DNA of 64,000 nucleotides. Origin: Clostridia bacterium. GTDB lineage: Bacteria > Bacillota > Clostridia > TANB77 > CAG-508. Location: assembly GCA_045643205.1 (NCBI GenBank), contig JAZUKI010000010.1, positions 77,482-141,481 of the forward strand, written 5' to 3'. The position numbers were made by a program, and so were the translations under genes. This document shows, in pieces, positions 47,463 to 58,109 of the stretch. Every line of letters starts with the position of its first letter. Position 1 is the first letter of the stretch. The notes below the pieces were generated by a model, which was given only the letters and a program-made list of their open reading frames with translations, had not been told where the DNA came from and did no database searches.

Positions 47463-47514
47463 GTATGTGCATATTTTATGCTCAAAAACCATTCGAAAAA
47501 GGAGACTTAAAACT

Positions 47515-49032
47515 ATGGAAAAAGACAACCAAAATAGTGTTGAGGAAGAAGTAGAATTAACACAAGAAGATTATAACAAATTAATGAAAGTTAGATTGGA
47601 TAAACTTGAGGCATTAAGAGCTGAAGGAAAAGATCCTTTTGAAATTACTAAATTTAATAGAACACATTTAACATCTGAAATTAAGGCAGACTTTGATAAT
47701 CTTGAAAATAAAGATGTTACAATTGCTGGAAGAATTATGAGCAAGAGAGTTATGGGTAAAGCATCATTCTGCCATATTCAAGATGGTGATGGCAAAATCC
47801 AATTATATGTTTCTATCAATGAATTAGGAGAAGATTCTTATAAACACTTTAAGGAATATGATATTGGTGATTTTATTGGAGTTACTGGATTTGTTTTTAA
47901 AACAAAAACTGAAGAAATTTCAGTTCATGCAAAAGAAGTAACTTTATTAAGCAAATCATTAAGACCACTTCCAGAAAAATTCCATGGATTAAAGGATACA
48001 GATTTAAGATATAGACAAAGATATGTTGATTTAATTATGAATCCAGAAGTTAAAGAAACATTCTTAAAGAGAATTCAAATCACTAAAGAAATTAGAAATT
48101 TCTTAGATGAAAGAGGATATAAAGAAGTTGAAACACCAATTTTAAATACAATCTCTGGTGGAGCTTCAGCAAGACCTTTCATTACACATCACAATTCATT
48201 AGATATAGATATGTATTTAAGAATTGCAACTGAATTAAATTTAAAGAGATTAATAGTTGGTGGATTTGATAAAGTTTATGAATTAGGAAGAGTATTCAGA
48301 AATGAAGGAATGGACATTCGCCATAATCCTGAATTTACATCACTTGAATTTTATGCAAGTTACGAAAACATTGAAGACATGATGAATATTACAGAAGAAA
48401 TGTTTAGAACAATTTGCAAAAAAGTAACTGGTAAAGAAGTAATTACATATCAAGGAACAGAAATAGATTTAAGCAAACCATTTAGAAGAGTTAAAATGAT
48501 TGATGCTATCAAAGAAGCTACAGGAATAGATTTCAATGAAATTAAAACTGATGAAGAAGCTCAAGAAGCATTAAAGAAAATTGGACTTGAAGTAAATCCT
48601 ATTAAGAAAACAAGAGGAGATATTATTGCTCAAATTGCAGATGAAAAAGTTGAAGAAACATTAATTCAACCTACATTTATGTATGAATATCCAATAGAAA
48701 ATTCACCTCTTGCAAAGAAAGTGCCAGGAAACCCAATGTTTACTCAAAGATTTGAGTTATTTATTGATGGTAGAGAATATGGAAATGCTTTCTCAGAATT
48801 AAATGATCCAATTGATCAAAGAGAAAGATTCTTAAACGAAATCAAAAACCGTGAAAATGGAGATGATGAAGCTGGTATGATGGATGATGATTTCATTAGA
48901 GCTTTAGAGATTGGATTACCTCCAACAGGTGGTTGCGGAATTGGAATTGATAGATTCATTATGTTATTAACAGATGCAGCTTCAATTAGAGATGTTATTT
49001 TGTTCCCAACAATGAAGCCTGAAGATTTATAA
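47515..49032 (+). CDS. lysS: lysine--tRNA ligase (class II)
   Basis: OB-fold anticodon-binding N-domain ([20 protein letters not shown]) and class II motifs 1-3 ([14 protein letters not shown]). RBS aaggag. Confidence 0.95.
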   Translation: MEKDNQNSVEEEVELTQEDYNKLMKVRLDKLEALRAEGKDPFEITKFNRTHLTSEIKADFDNLENKDVTIAGRIMSKRVMGKASFCHIQDGDGKIQLYVSINELGEDSYKHFKEYDIGDFIGVTGFVFKTKTEEISVHAKEVTLLSKSLRPLPEKFHGLKDTDLRYRQRYVDLIMNPEVKETFLKRIQITKEIRNFLDERGYKEVETPILNTISGGASARPFITHHNSLDIDMYLRIATELNLKRLIVGGFDKVYELGRVFRNEGMDIRHNPEFTSLEFYASYENIEDMMNITEEMFRTICKKVTGKEVITYQGTEIDLSKPFRRVKMIDAIKEATGIDFNEIKTDEEAQEALKKIGLEVNPIKKTRGDIIAQIADEKVEETLIQPTFMYEYPIENSPLAKKVPGNPMFTQRFELFIDGREYGNAFSELNDPIDQRERFLNEIKNRENGDDEAGMMDDDFIRALEIGLPPTGGCGIGIDRFIMLLTDAASIRDVILFPTMKPEDL

Positions 49033-49041
49033 GGAGTATAA

Positions 49042-49791
49042 ATGTATTTTAGTAGTTTAACATCCAATCCTTTAACTTTAGGATTGTTGATATTGTTAGG
49101 TGTAGAACAAACAAGTAGATATATTAGAAGTGGAGGAACAATACAAGAATTACTAATTATGGTTTTCGCTGTATTAGTTTCTATAACATTCCATGAGTTT
49201 GCTCATGCGTTTGTTGCAGATAAACTTGGAGATGAAACACCTAGAAATAAGAAAAGATTAACACTTAATCCATTAGCACATATAGATCCAATTGGATTGG
49301 TATTATTAATATTTTGCCGTTTTGGTTGGGGAAAACCTGTTGAAATAAATCCTTATAATTTTAAAAGAAGTATTTCTATGAAAAAAGGAACTGCACTTGT
49401 ATCAATTGCAGGACCAATAATGAATTTTATTTTAGCATTAGTTTTTTCAATTATATTTGGATTAATTATTAGATTTTGCCCATACGAATTTTTATTAACA
49501 GGAACAGGCGTAACTATAGTAAAAATATTACAAGCATTAATATCAATTAATGTTGGACTTGGAGTTTTTAATTTAATTCCATTACCACCATTAGATGGAT
49601 CAAAAATTTTAGTAGCAATACTTCCAAACAAAGCAAGAAATTGGTATATAAGCCGTGAAAAATTATTATCAATCATTTTCTTAATTGTTTGGGTTACACC
49701 AATAGCAAGTTATATTATTTCACCGGCTATTAATTGGATATCAGATCAATTATTTAATTTAATTAGTTTTATAGCTATTGGGCACATATAA
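49042..49791 (+). CDS. site-2 protease family (M50) zinc metalloprotease, membrane-embedded
   Basis: HEFAHAF (HExxH) inside a TM helix, multiple TM segments, a downstream LDG motif. Confidence 0.75.
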   Translation: MYFSSLTSNPLTLGLLILLGVEQTSRYIRSGGTIQELLIMVFAVLVSITFHEFAHAFVADKLGDETPRNKKRLTLNPLAHIDPIGLVLLIFCRFGWGKPVEINPYNFKRSISMKKGTALVSIAGPIMNFILALVFSIIFGLIIRFCPYEFLLTGTGVTIVKILQALISINVGLGVFNLIPLPPLDGSKILVAILPNKARNWYISREKLLSIIFLIVWVTPIASYIISPAINWISDQLFNLISFIAIGHI

Positions 49792-49825
49792 AAAATAAGC
49801 AAAATTTTATTGAAAGGAGTGGCAT

Positions 49826-50836
49826 ATGAAAAAAGATATTATAACAATGGGAATAGAATCTAGTTGTGATGAAACATCAGTTGCTATTGTAAAAAATGGT
49901 AGAGAAGTTTTATCAAATGTTATTAATACACAAATTCCTATCCACACTTTATATGGAGGGGTTGTTCCTGAAATAGCTTCTCGTAATCACATAGAAAATA
50001 TTTCAACTGTTGCACACGAAGCAATAAAATTAGCTGGAATAAAGTTTGAAGATATAGATGTAATTGCACCAACATATGGTCCAGGATTAGTTGGAGCTCT
50101 TTTAGTTGGATTATCTTATGCAAAAGCAGTTAGTTATTCATTAGATAAACCACTAGTTGGAGTAAATCATCTTGAAGGACATATTGCTGCAAACTACATA
50201 ACATATGAAGAATTAAAGCCACCATTCATTTGCATGATGATGTCAGGTGGAAACACACAAATTGTATTAGTTAAAGATTATACTGAATTTGAAGTGTTAG
50301 GAAGAACTGTTGATGATGCAATTGGAGAGGCTTTTGACAAAACAGCAAGAGTTATAGGACTTGGTTATCCAGGAGGACCAAAGATTGATCAACTAGCTCA
50401 AGAAGGACAACCAACAATAGAAATTCCAAAAACTCATTTTGATAATTTAGATTTTAGTTTTAGTGGAATTAAAACTGCAGTTATAAATTTACATCATAAA
50501 AATCCACAAATAAATAAAGCAGATTTATGTAAAAGTTTTGAAAAGACAGTTTCAGAAATATTAGTAGATAATGTTTTAAAAGCAGTAGAACAAACTGGAG
50601 TAAAAACAGTAGTATTAGCTGGTGGCGTTAGTGCTAATTCATATATAAGAAATGAATTTTTAAATATTCAACCAAAAGGAATTAGAGTTTATATGCCAGA
50701 TAAAAAGCTATGTACAGATAATGCAGCTATGATTGCTGCTGCAGGTTATTACAACTATATGGCAGGAAAAAGAGATGAATTAGATTTAAATGCACTACCA
50801 GATTTAAAACTAAACTCTTTTAAAAAAGAAGAATAG
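49826..50836 (+). CDS. tsaD: tRNA N6-adenosine threonylcarbamoyltransferase TsaD
   Basis: MGIESSCDETSVAIV, HLEGHI metal-binding motif, GGVSAN. Confidence 0.9.
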   Translation: MKKDIITMGIESSCDETSVAIVKNGREVLSNVINTQIPIHTLYGGVVPEIASRNHIENISTVAHEAIKLAGIKFEDIDVIAPTYGPGLVGALLVGLSYAKAVSYSLDKPLVGVNHLEGHIAANYITYEELKPPFICMMMSGGNTQIVLVKDYTEFEVLGRTVDDAIGEAFDKTARVIGLGYPGGPKIDQLAQEGQPTIEIPKTHFDNLDFSFSGIKTAVINLHHKNPQINKADLCKSFEKTVSEILVDNVLKAVEQTGVKTVVLAGGVSANSYIRNEFLNIQPKGIRVYMPDKKLCTDNAAMIAAAGYYNYMAGKRDELDLNALPDLKLNSFKKEE

Positions 50837-50875
50837 GTAGTAGAAATGGTATCTTAATTAGAAAGAAGGTACATA

Positions 50876-51595
50876 ATGGCGATATTTACTATAGCGGATT
50901 TACATTTATCATTAAATCCTAATATTGATAAGCCAATGAATGTTTTTGGAAAAAACTGGGAAAACTATGAAAATGTTCTTCAGGAAAATTGGAGAACAAA
51001 AGTTACAAATGATGACTTGGTTATTATACCAGGAGATATTTCATGGGCAACATATTTAAAAGATATGTTATATGATTTTAAATATATTGATAATTTACCA
51101 GGAACAAAATTAATTATTAAAGGAAATCATGATTATTGGTGGTCTACTCTTAATAAGATGAACAAATTTTTAGAGGAACATAACTTTAATACAATTCATT
51201 TTTTAATGAACAACTCATTTAAATATAAGAATAAAATTATTGTAGGAACAAGAGGATGGAGTTTAAATGATGATATTGATGGTGAAAAAATGATGGCACG
51301 TGAGAACATTAGATTTGAACTATCAATAAAGGATGCTCTAAAAAATAAAACAGAGGATGATGAAATTATAGCAATGTTCCATTATCCACCATTCAATGAC
51401 AACTATATTAAAAATGATATTTCAAATGCTTTTATAGATACTATGCAAAAATATAATATAAAAAAATGTTATTATGCACATCTACATGGGGAATCACATA
51501 AAAATGCATTTGAAGGAGCAAAGGATGGAATAGAATACAAATTAATAAGTGCTGATTATTTAGAATTCAATCCTTATCTAATTTGCAACGATTAA
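50876..51595 (+). CDS. metallophosphoesterase (calcineurin-like phosphoesterase superfamily)
   Basis: ADLHLS, IIPGDIS, GNHDYWW metal-ligand motifs. Confidence 0.75.
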   Translation: MAIFTIADLHLSLNPNIDKPMNVFGKNWENYENVLQENWRTKVTNDDLVIIPGDISWATYLKDMLYDFKYIDNLPGTKLIIKGNHDYWWSTLNKMNKFLEEHNFNTIHFLMNNSFKYKNKIIVGTRGWSLNDDIDGEKMMARENIRFELSIKDALKNKTEDDEIIAMFHYPPFNDNYIKNDISNAFIDTMQKYNIKKCYYAHLHGESHKNAFEGAKDGIEYKLISADYLEFNPYLICND

Positions 51596-51672
51596 AAGCA
51601 TAAAAATGTAATACAAAAATAGTTAATTATACAAAACAGTTAATTAGAAAAACACATAAGATTAAATTTTAC

Positions 51673-52902
51673 TTGAGGAGAACAATGAAAAAAGTTTTAA
51701 CCAAAAAAGTAATAATTTTAGCAATTATAGTTTTATTAATAGTAATTTGTATGATTGTTTTTATTAAAGCAGCAGGAAGCAAAGAACAAGAAAACAACGA
51801 GATAGACAATCAATACAGTGACCATAAACCTGTTAGACAAAATACAATAAAACTTGATAGCATAGAAAAAATTATTGCTGATAATGAAAAACTAACTAAA
51901 TATGAAGAAATGGTTGAAAACAATATAGATATTGAGTTTAAGACGCAATATAGAAAAAATGACTCACTAGCAAAAGGAAAAATTCAAATTTTGCAAGAGG
52001 GCCAAGATGGAACACAACATTCTATAATAAAAAACACATATCAAAACAACCAATTAATCGGACAAGAAATCGTAACTTCTGAAATTATAAAACCTTCAAC
52101 AGATAAAATTGTTGAAATAGGTACAGCTGAAAATAGCAATACTTATGTTCCAATCGTTGGAGATGAGTTAGAAATAGTTAGTGCTAATACAGAAATTAAA
52201 ACAGATAAAAAAATTGATGCACAAGTTTTAACAACAGTTTCAATTGGAGATATTGTTAAATTAGTATTAGCTCAAGATAATTGGTATCAAGTACAAATCA
52301 ATGAAATGGTTGGCTGGATAGAAAAAACAAGTGCAATTTACTACAATCCTAATAAAGGCGATGGAGATGAAAATTTAATTATCTATTCAAAAGAACAATT
52401 AACACAAGGTTTAGGATTTAGTATGTTGATGAATAAACCTAGTGGCCTAACCTTAACACAATTCAAAAAAGTATTAACAGGTTTATCTGGAGATAAAAAC
52501 AAAGTAATAGAAGAAAACGCCGAATATTTCTATTATGCAGAAACACAATACAATGTGAACGGATTGTTCCTTGCATCAATAGCAATTCACGAAAGTGCAT
52601 ACGGAACTTCAGATATATCTTTAAAGAAGAAAAATTTATTTGGATATCGAGCATATGATAGAGATCCAGGAGGAAGCGCATCAACATTTGCAACATATGC
52701 TGAAGGTATAGATTTAGTAGCGAGAGTTTTAGCAAAATACTATTTAAACCCTAAAGGTACACTAATTTATGGGGGCGAGGAAGCTGAAGCAACTTACTAC
52801 CATGGCTCAACAATATCAGCTGTAAATGTATCATATGCAAGCGATAAAAATTGGGGCAATGCAATATATAAATATATAATTTCTTTGTACAATAGATTAT
52901 AA
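51673..52902 (+). CDS. membrane-anchored peptidoglycan hydrolase with a C-terminal GH73 N-acetylglucosaminidase domain
   Basis: N-terminal TM helix, central beta-rich (SH3-like?) region, C-terminal GLFLASIAIHESAYGTS...KKNLFGYRAYD...FATYAEGIDLVARVLAKYYL. Confidence 0.75.
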   Translation: MRRTMKKVLTKKVIILAIIVLLIVICMIVFIKAAGSKEQENNEIDNQYSDHKPVRQNTIKLDSIEKIIADNEKLTKYEEMVENNIDIEFKTQYRKNDSLAKGKIQILQEGQDGTQHSIIKNTYQNNQLIGQEIVTSEIIKPSTDKIVEIGTAENSNTYVPIVGDELEIVSANTEIKTDKKIDAQVLTTVSIGDIVKLVLAQDNWYQVQINEMVGWIEKTSAIYYNPNKGDGDENLIIYSKEQLTQGLGFSMLMNKPSGLTLTQFKKVLTGLSGDKNKVIEENAEYFYYAETQYNVNGLFLASIAIHESAYGTSDISLKKKNLFGYRAYDRDPGGSASTFATYAEGIDLVARVLAKYYLNPKGTLIYGGEEAEATYYHGSTISAVNVSYASDKNWGNAIYKYIISLYNRL

Positions 52903-52964
52903 TTTATTATCTTGCTATTTTAAAAAAGTTAGTGTAATATAAATTAATAGTGGGAGGACTAGAA

Positions 52965-53381
52965 ATGAAAAAGTCTATAATAATTTTATCAATAGTTTTA
53001 ATTGCTGTAAGTTTGCTATTTTTAGGAAACTTTGTTCAAGCAACTTCAACTAATAATGGTGAAATAATTACCAATGAAACAAAAAGTCAATTAGTAGATT
53101 TAAGAGATAGTGAATTACAATCTATGGAAGACTATAAACAAGCTTATGGAAGCGATGTTTTCGGCGTTGTAGCCTATGTTTTAAATAAAATTAGATTATG
53201 GAGTATTCCTTTAGGATTTGTAGCAATAGCTATTAGTGCTATATATCAATATGTTATTGGTATCAAACATTTGGAAAACAGAGATAAAGGTTTAAATTCA
53301 ATGATAGTAGTAGTTACATTATTTGTAATTTGTCAAATATTACCATTAGTATATACTATTATTATTAAATTTAAAGGATAA
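52965..53381 (+). CDS. hypothetical small membrane protein (signal/TM helix plus two further TM helices)
   Basis: ORF with RBS gggaggactagaaATG. Confidence 0.5.
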   Translation: MKKSIIILSIVLIAVSLLFLGNFVQATSTNNGEIITNETKSQLVDLRDSELQSMEDYKQAYGSDVFGVVAYVLNKIRLWSIPLGFVAIAISAIYQYVIGIKHLENRDKGLNSMIVVVTLFVICQILPLVYTIIIKFKG

Positions 53382-53426
53382 TATAAGATTTTTAAATTAT
53401 AAATATAATTTAGAGGAGTTAAACTA

Positions 53427-56400
53427 ATGAAGGTTCTTTTTGCAGTTAGTGATGAAACTATTTCGCAAAATATAATTAAACAATATCAAGAAGATTACAA
53501 GGAAATAATTACAAGTACAAACAAGTATTTTTTCAATGCAATCATTAAAGAATTGGCGAAAGATAAAACATATGATGCAATTGTTATTAGTGAGGACTTA
53601 GAACCAGTAGCTAATAATAATTACGATCAAATTGATAAATTTATATTAGAAAAATTAGATGATATAAGCGATGAAGCATCTAAATTAAATGGTGAAGATA
53701 TTCCAATCATTTTCATTTGCTCAGATAGAAGAACAAGAAATGATGAGCTTCTAAGAAATTTATTTAGTATGGGAATATATAATGCTTTAGTTGAAAAAGA
53801 TAGAAATATTCCTGAAGTATGTAGATTACTAGATAGACCACGTGTTAAGAAAGAAGCTAAAAAATATTATTTATTAGATGGTGAAGATACAACATATAAT
53901 GGTGGAAGTAACGCCTTAGTTAGTGAAGACCAAATTAATAATATATTGAATTATTATAGCCAATTAGGTGGAGCTGTAGATAAATATTCTGAAACATTTG
54001 ATCACATTGCACAACAATATGATGATTCTCAATTAAGACTAATTATAAAATTCTTACCAGAGAATGTAAAAATTGTTTTAGAGAAAAACAATGCAAAATA
54101 TCAACAATTAGTAAATAAGGGAACTGTTTTATCAGATGGTTCTTATTCAGCATATCCAAAAAAACAAGAAAGCGATTTAGGAAGCATATATCAACAAGAT
54201 TTAAAATCACAAAAACTTTCAAATCCTGTTGTTATACCTGAAGCAATGAACTTCCAAGCTGTTCATAGACAACCAATTAGACCAAATACTCAAACAACTA
54301 TGGGACAAAGAAGACCAATTACACCAATTAATCAACAAACAAGTCAAAATCTTGGAGCACAAAGACCACAACAACCAATGCAAAATAGTCGACCAGCACA
54401 AAATGGACAACCAATAAGACCAATGCAACCAGGACAAAATGGACAACCAGTAAGACCAATGCAACCAGGACAAAACAATCACCCAATGAGACCAAACCCA
54501 AATGGACAAAATCCTTATGGAAATCAAATGGGTAATCAATATAGAGCAAATGGATCACAACAAGCACAAAGACCACAACCAACACAAAATAGACAACCAG
54601 TTAGACCACAACAACCAATGCAAAATCCATTTGATATGGGTGGCCCAGCACCAATGCAAAATCCATTTGATATGGGTAGCACAGAACAAATTAATAATCC
54701 TTTTTTTAATCAAGCAAAGGAAGATACACAAAACCCTTTTGATTTAGGATCAGATGAACAAACAACTATAGAAACAGTAAATCCATTTGATTTAGGTTCT
54801 GCTGATCAATCTATGGAACAAAAAAGTGTTGAAAATTCATCAGAAGAAGAAAAAGATTTAAATATTGATTTTTCTAGTATAGAAGTATCAGATATTACTG
54901 AAGATACTAAAATTGAAAAAACAGAAGTACCTAATATTGAGACAATTAGTCAAATAGAGGAACCTGTTGATGAAATAGACAATCAATTAGAAAACATTGA
55001 TATAAATGAAGATTCGATTGTTACTAAAAGTAATGATGAAGAAATTGATGAAAAGAATGAAATAGAAGAAACATTAGATAGATTTTTCGATGCTAATGTT
55101 GAAAATAAAGTAGAAGAACCTAAAGAAGTTAAAAAAGAATCTGAAGAGGTAGAAACTGTTAAAGAGATAGTCGAAGGGGAACCAGAAGCTGTTGAAGAGA
55201 TAGTCGAAGAGAAACCAGAAGCTGTTGAAGAGATAGTCGAAGAGGAACCAGAAGCTGTTGAAGAAATAGTCGAAGAAGAGCCAGAAACTGTTGAAGAGAT
55301 AGTCGAAGAAGAGCCAGAAACTATTGAAGAAATAGTTGAAGAGAGACCAGAAGCTGTTAAAGAAGTAGTTGAAGAAGAACCAGAAATAAATGCTGAAGAA
55401 TTAATAAATGAAACAACATTTGATTTCTTTGATAATAGCGAAGAAATGATTTCTGATAAAAAGTCTATTGAAACAGATAAAAATGCAAACAACCAAAATG
55501 TAAATAACAAAAATGAAAACATAAATGAAAACATAAATTCAAATGTTAATCAAATGGATATAGCAATGATAGATTCAATGATGGATCCAATGAACATGCC
55601 AATGGTAGATCCAATGATGAATCAAATGAATATGCCAATGATAGATCCAATGATGAATTCAATGAATATGCCAATGGTAGATCCAATGATGAATCAGATG
55701 GACATGTCAATGGTAGATCCAATGATGAATCAAATGAACATGCCAATGATAAATTCAATGAATATGCCAATGGGATATCCAATGATAGATCCAATGGACA
55801 TGCAAAGTTTTCAAAACTTCAATATGAATGATTATCAACCTAATGAAGTTAACGGACCACATATAAATGGTTTCGAACAATTTCAAGGTGAAATACAACC
55901 AATAGATTATAGTGATGATTACACAATTAGTTCTATGAGTTCATCAATGCAATCTCAAGAGCAAGATTTATCAACAATAAGTAATGTTTCTCGTGATGTT
56001 GCAGGAAATGGAAAGGTTGTAGCATTTATAGGTACATCAAAAAATGGAACATCATTTTTAGCAGACAGCGTTGGAATGATGCTATCACAAGCAGGAATTA
56101 AAACTGCAATAGTAGATACAACTAAAAATAAAAATTCATATTATATGTTTACAAATAGTAATGCTAAATTAGGAAATATTGCTGCATCAAGTATGAAAAA
56201 ATTAGCAAAAGGAGAAGTAGCAGGACTTAGCTTAAATCCATCATTAACTGTTTTCACAGGATTACCTGGAGACGTTGATGAACTTTATCTAGATGTTGAC
56301 ACAATTATAGATACATTATCAATGAATTTTGATGTTGTATTATTAGATTGCGATTTCAGCACAGATGATAAATACTTTGCAAAAGCAAAAGAGTACTATT

Positions 56401-56882
56401 TAGTACAAACAATGGATGCCTTTACAATTCAACCTTTAACAAGATTTTTAAGTGAACTAAAATTAAAAGGTTTACTTGATGAAAATAAGTTAAGAATTGT
56501 AATCAATAAATATATTAAAATGAAGAAACTTTCATATAGAATGATTATAGGTGGTTTATCAAAATATAACGAACCAGCAATGACATTACAAAGAGATTTA
56601 TTTAATCCAAATAATATTCCTTATATATTGATACCATTTGATGATGAAACATACGAAGCATATCTGCAAGAAGTTGCTATGTGTGATTTTAAATTAAATA
56701 ATTATTCAGATAATTTCCTAAATGCATTAGAAAAATTAAAGAATATGATAGTTAGCGAAGAAGAAAACAAAGAAAAAGAGAAGAAAGGTCGCTTCAATAA
56801 AAAGACCAAAAATGATAATAAGACAAATTACGACAAGGAAGTGCTTCAAGGAACAAAAAACACAAATACATCAAGTAACTAG
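53427..56882 (+). CDS. hypothetical 1151-aa multidomain protein: N-terminal receiver-like domain, P/Q-rich and tandem-repeat linkers, C-terminal degenerate ParA/MinD-like P-loop domain
   Basis: N-terminus MKVLFAVSDE...YDAIVISEDLEP...IPIIFICSD has a CheY-like beta-alpha pattern without the phosphoacceptor Asp. C-terminus VVAFIGTSKNGTSFLADSVGMMLSQAGIKTAIVD...FDVVLLDCDFS resembles the MinD/ParA layout, but the GK[ST] P-loop lysine is missing. Confidence 0.6.
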   Translation: MKVLFAVSDETISQNIIKQYQEDYKEIITSTNKYFFNAIIKELAKDKTYDAIVISEDLEPVANNNYDQIDKFILEKLDDISDEASKLNGEDIPIIFICSDRRTRNDELLRNLFSMGIYNALVEKDRNIPEVCRLLDRPRVKKEAKKYYLLDGEDTTYNGGSNALVSEDQINNILNYYSQLGGAVDKYSETFDHIAQQYDDSQLRLIIKFLPENVKIVLEKNNAKYQQLVNKGTVLSDGSYSAYPKKQESDLGSIYQQDLKSQKLSNPVVIPEAMNFQAVHRQPIRPNTQTTMGQRRPITPINQQTSQNLGAQRPQQPMQNSRPAQNGQPIRPMQPGQNGQPVRPMQPGQNNHPMRPNPNGQNPYGNQMGNQYRANGSQQAQRPQPTQNRQPVRPQQPMQNPFDMGGPAPMQNPFDMGSTEQINNPFFNQAKEDTQNPFDLGSDEQTTIETVNPFDLGSADQSMEQKSVENSSEEEKDLNIDFSSIEVSDITEDTKIEKTEVPNIETISQIEEPVDEIDNQLENIDINEDSIVTKSNDEEIDEKNEIEETLDRFFDANVENKVEEPKEVKKESEEVETVKEIVEGEPEAVEEIVEEKPEAVEEIVEEEPEAVEEIVEEEPETVEEIVEEEPETIEEIVEERPEAVKEVVEEEPEINAEELINETTFDFFDNSEEMISDKKSIETDKNANNQNVNNKNENINENINSNVNQMDIAMIDSMMDPMNMPMVDPMMNQMNMPMIDPMMNSMNMPMVDPMMNQMDMSMVDPMMNQMNMPMINSMNMPMGYPMIDPMDMQSFQNFNMNDYQPNEVNGPHINGFEQFQGEIQPIDYSDDYTISSMSSSMQSQEQDLSTISNVSRDVAGNGKVVAFIGTSKNGTSFLADSVGMMLSQAGIKTAIVDTTKNKNSYYMFTNSNAKLGNIAASSMKKLAKGEVAGLSLNPSLTVFTGLPGDVDELYLDVDTIIDTLSMNFDVVLLDCDFSTDDKYFAKAKEYYLVQTMDAFTIQPLTRFLSELKLKGLLDENKLRIVINKYIKMKKLSYRMIIGGLSKYNEPAMTLQRDLFNPNNIPYILIPFDDETYEAYLQEVAMCDFKLNNYSDNFLNALEKLKNMIVSEEENKEKEKKGRFNKKTKNDNKTNYDKEVLQGTKNTNTSSN
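55147..55386. repeat. coding tandem repeat of 33 nt (about 7 copies) encoding acidic EAVEEIVEE(E/K)P units
   Basis: Direct reading: gaagagatagtcgaagaggaaccagaagctgtt repeated. Confidence 0.7.
55555..55802. repeat. coding tandem repeat of 36 nt (about 6-7 copies) encoding Met-rich MVDPMMNQMNMP units
   Basis: Direct reading: atgccaatggtagatccaatgatgaatcaaatgaat repeated. Confidence 0.7.
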
Positions 56883-56985
56883 TTATAAAAAATAAACAAT
56901 AAAAGATAAACAATAATTAGTTACAAAAAACAGAAAAGTAATTAGTCATAAAGAGTAATAGAATTGTAGAAAAGAGGAAAAGACA

Positions 56986-58095
56986 GTGGCTATAGCTGAA
57001 TTAATTTTAATTTGTATATTAGTAATAATTGTAATAGCTTTAATGGTTGTAAATTACAGAGTACATAATAAGATTGATACTTATACTAATTTAAACCAAA
57101 GAGTAACAGGACTTCAAGTATTACAAGAGTTCATGGATACAATTGGAGATGATGCAACTGTTGATGAGAAACTTGGAAAAATCAACGATGTTTTAATTCA
57201 AAAGTATTCAATTAAATATTCAACTATAGTTGTATATGATGGTGCTCAATACAAAATCAGAGCTTCAAATGTTGATCAAAAACATTGGGATACATTGAAA
57301 AATCTAGCTATAGACCCAGTATTTTCTGATAGTATAAAAACAGCTACACCAAAATACATTACAGTTGATAACGACAATGAAAAACTTCCATATCAAAAAA
57401 TGGAATTTGGAAGAGCAAAATGTGCAATATTCTTCCCATTATATATAGATAATGTATACATAGGATATTGGATTATTGAAGGAAGCATTCCTCATGAATT
57501 TGATAAGATTGATACAACAATCTTAGATGTTGTAAGAACAAATATAGTTACAATATTAAAAGTAGTACAAAATCAACAAACAATTGAGAATATTGTTAGA
57601 GATGATATGTACTCAGGATTAAAATCTGCAGAATATTTATATGCTGAAGGTAAAAAGAAAATTGATCAATACGCAGAATCTGCTGTATGTTTATTTAAAA
57701 TAGTAAACTTACCAGAGATCAATGAATCCGTTAGTAGAAAAACTGGTGATCATGTAATCACAGCTATTTCAAATTATATCAAGGCAAATTTAGCACCTGA
57801 TTATGTTTTTGTAAGATATATGGGACCTAAATTTACAATTGTTTTCTCAGGAATAGACATAGAAGGCGTTATAAACTTTATGAATTCTAAGAAACTAGAA
57901 CTTGAACAATTAAAAGTTCCTTATGCTGATGATTTTTATAAAGATCAACCAAAACCAGAAGAAACACAAACTGTTTCACCGATGATTAGAGCTGTAATAT
58001 CAAAATATTACAAAGGAACATCTCTAGATGGAGCATTAAAGAAAATGGAAGAATTCATAGATTCATCTAACACACCAGACATTACTTCAGTATAA
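56986..58095 (+). CDS. membrane-anchored protein with a degenerate GGDEF-like domain
   Basis: N-terminal TM helix. The C-terminal region [12 protein letters not shown]...[33 protein letters not shown]...[17 protein letters not shown] follows the GGDEF-domain layout, but MGPKF stands where GG(D/E)EF would be. Confidence 0.5.
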   Translation: MAIAELILICILVIIVIALMVVNYRVHNKIDTYTNLNQRVTGLQVLQEFMDTIGDDATVDEKLGKINDVLIQKYSIKYSTIVVYDGAQYKIRASNVDQKHWDTLKNLAIDPVFSDSIKTATPKYITVDNDNEKLPYQKMEFGRAKCAIFFPLYIDNVYIGYWIIEGSIPHEFDKIDTTILDVVRTNIVTILKVVQNQQTIENIVRDDMYSGLKSAEYLYAEGKKKIDQYAESAVCLFKIVNLPEINESVSRKTGDHVITAISNYIKANLAPDYVFVRYMGPKFTIVFSGIDIEGVINFMNSKKLELEQLKVPYADDFYKDQPKPEETQTVSPMIRAVISKYYKGTSLDGALKKMEEFIDSSNTPDITSV

Positions 58096-58109
58096 CAAAG
58101 GAGATATAT

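Noticed and set aside
47300-47514. T-box or lysine riboswitch upstream of lysS
   Set aside because: Only about 45 nt lie between the TATAAT at 47457 and the ATG at 47515. There is no specifier/antiterminator (AGGGUGGNACCGCG) or L-box conserved sequence. It is an ordinary short leader.
54219-54747. Three overlapping ORFs (both strands) inside the giant 53427-56882 gene
   Set aside because: They fall in its P/Q-rich low-complexity region. Alternative frames are open only because of the compositional bias.
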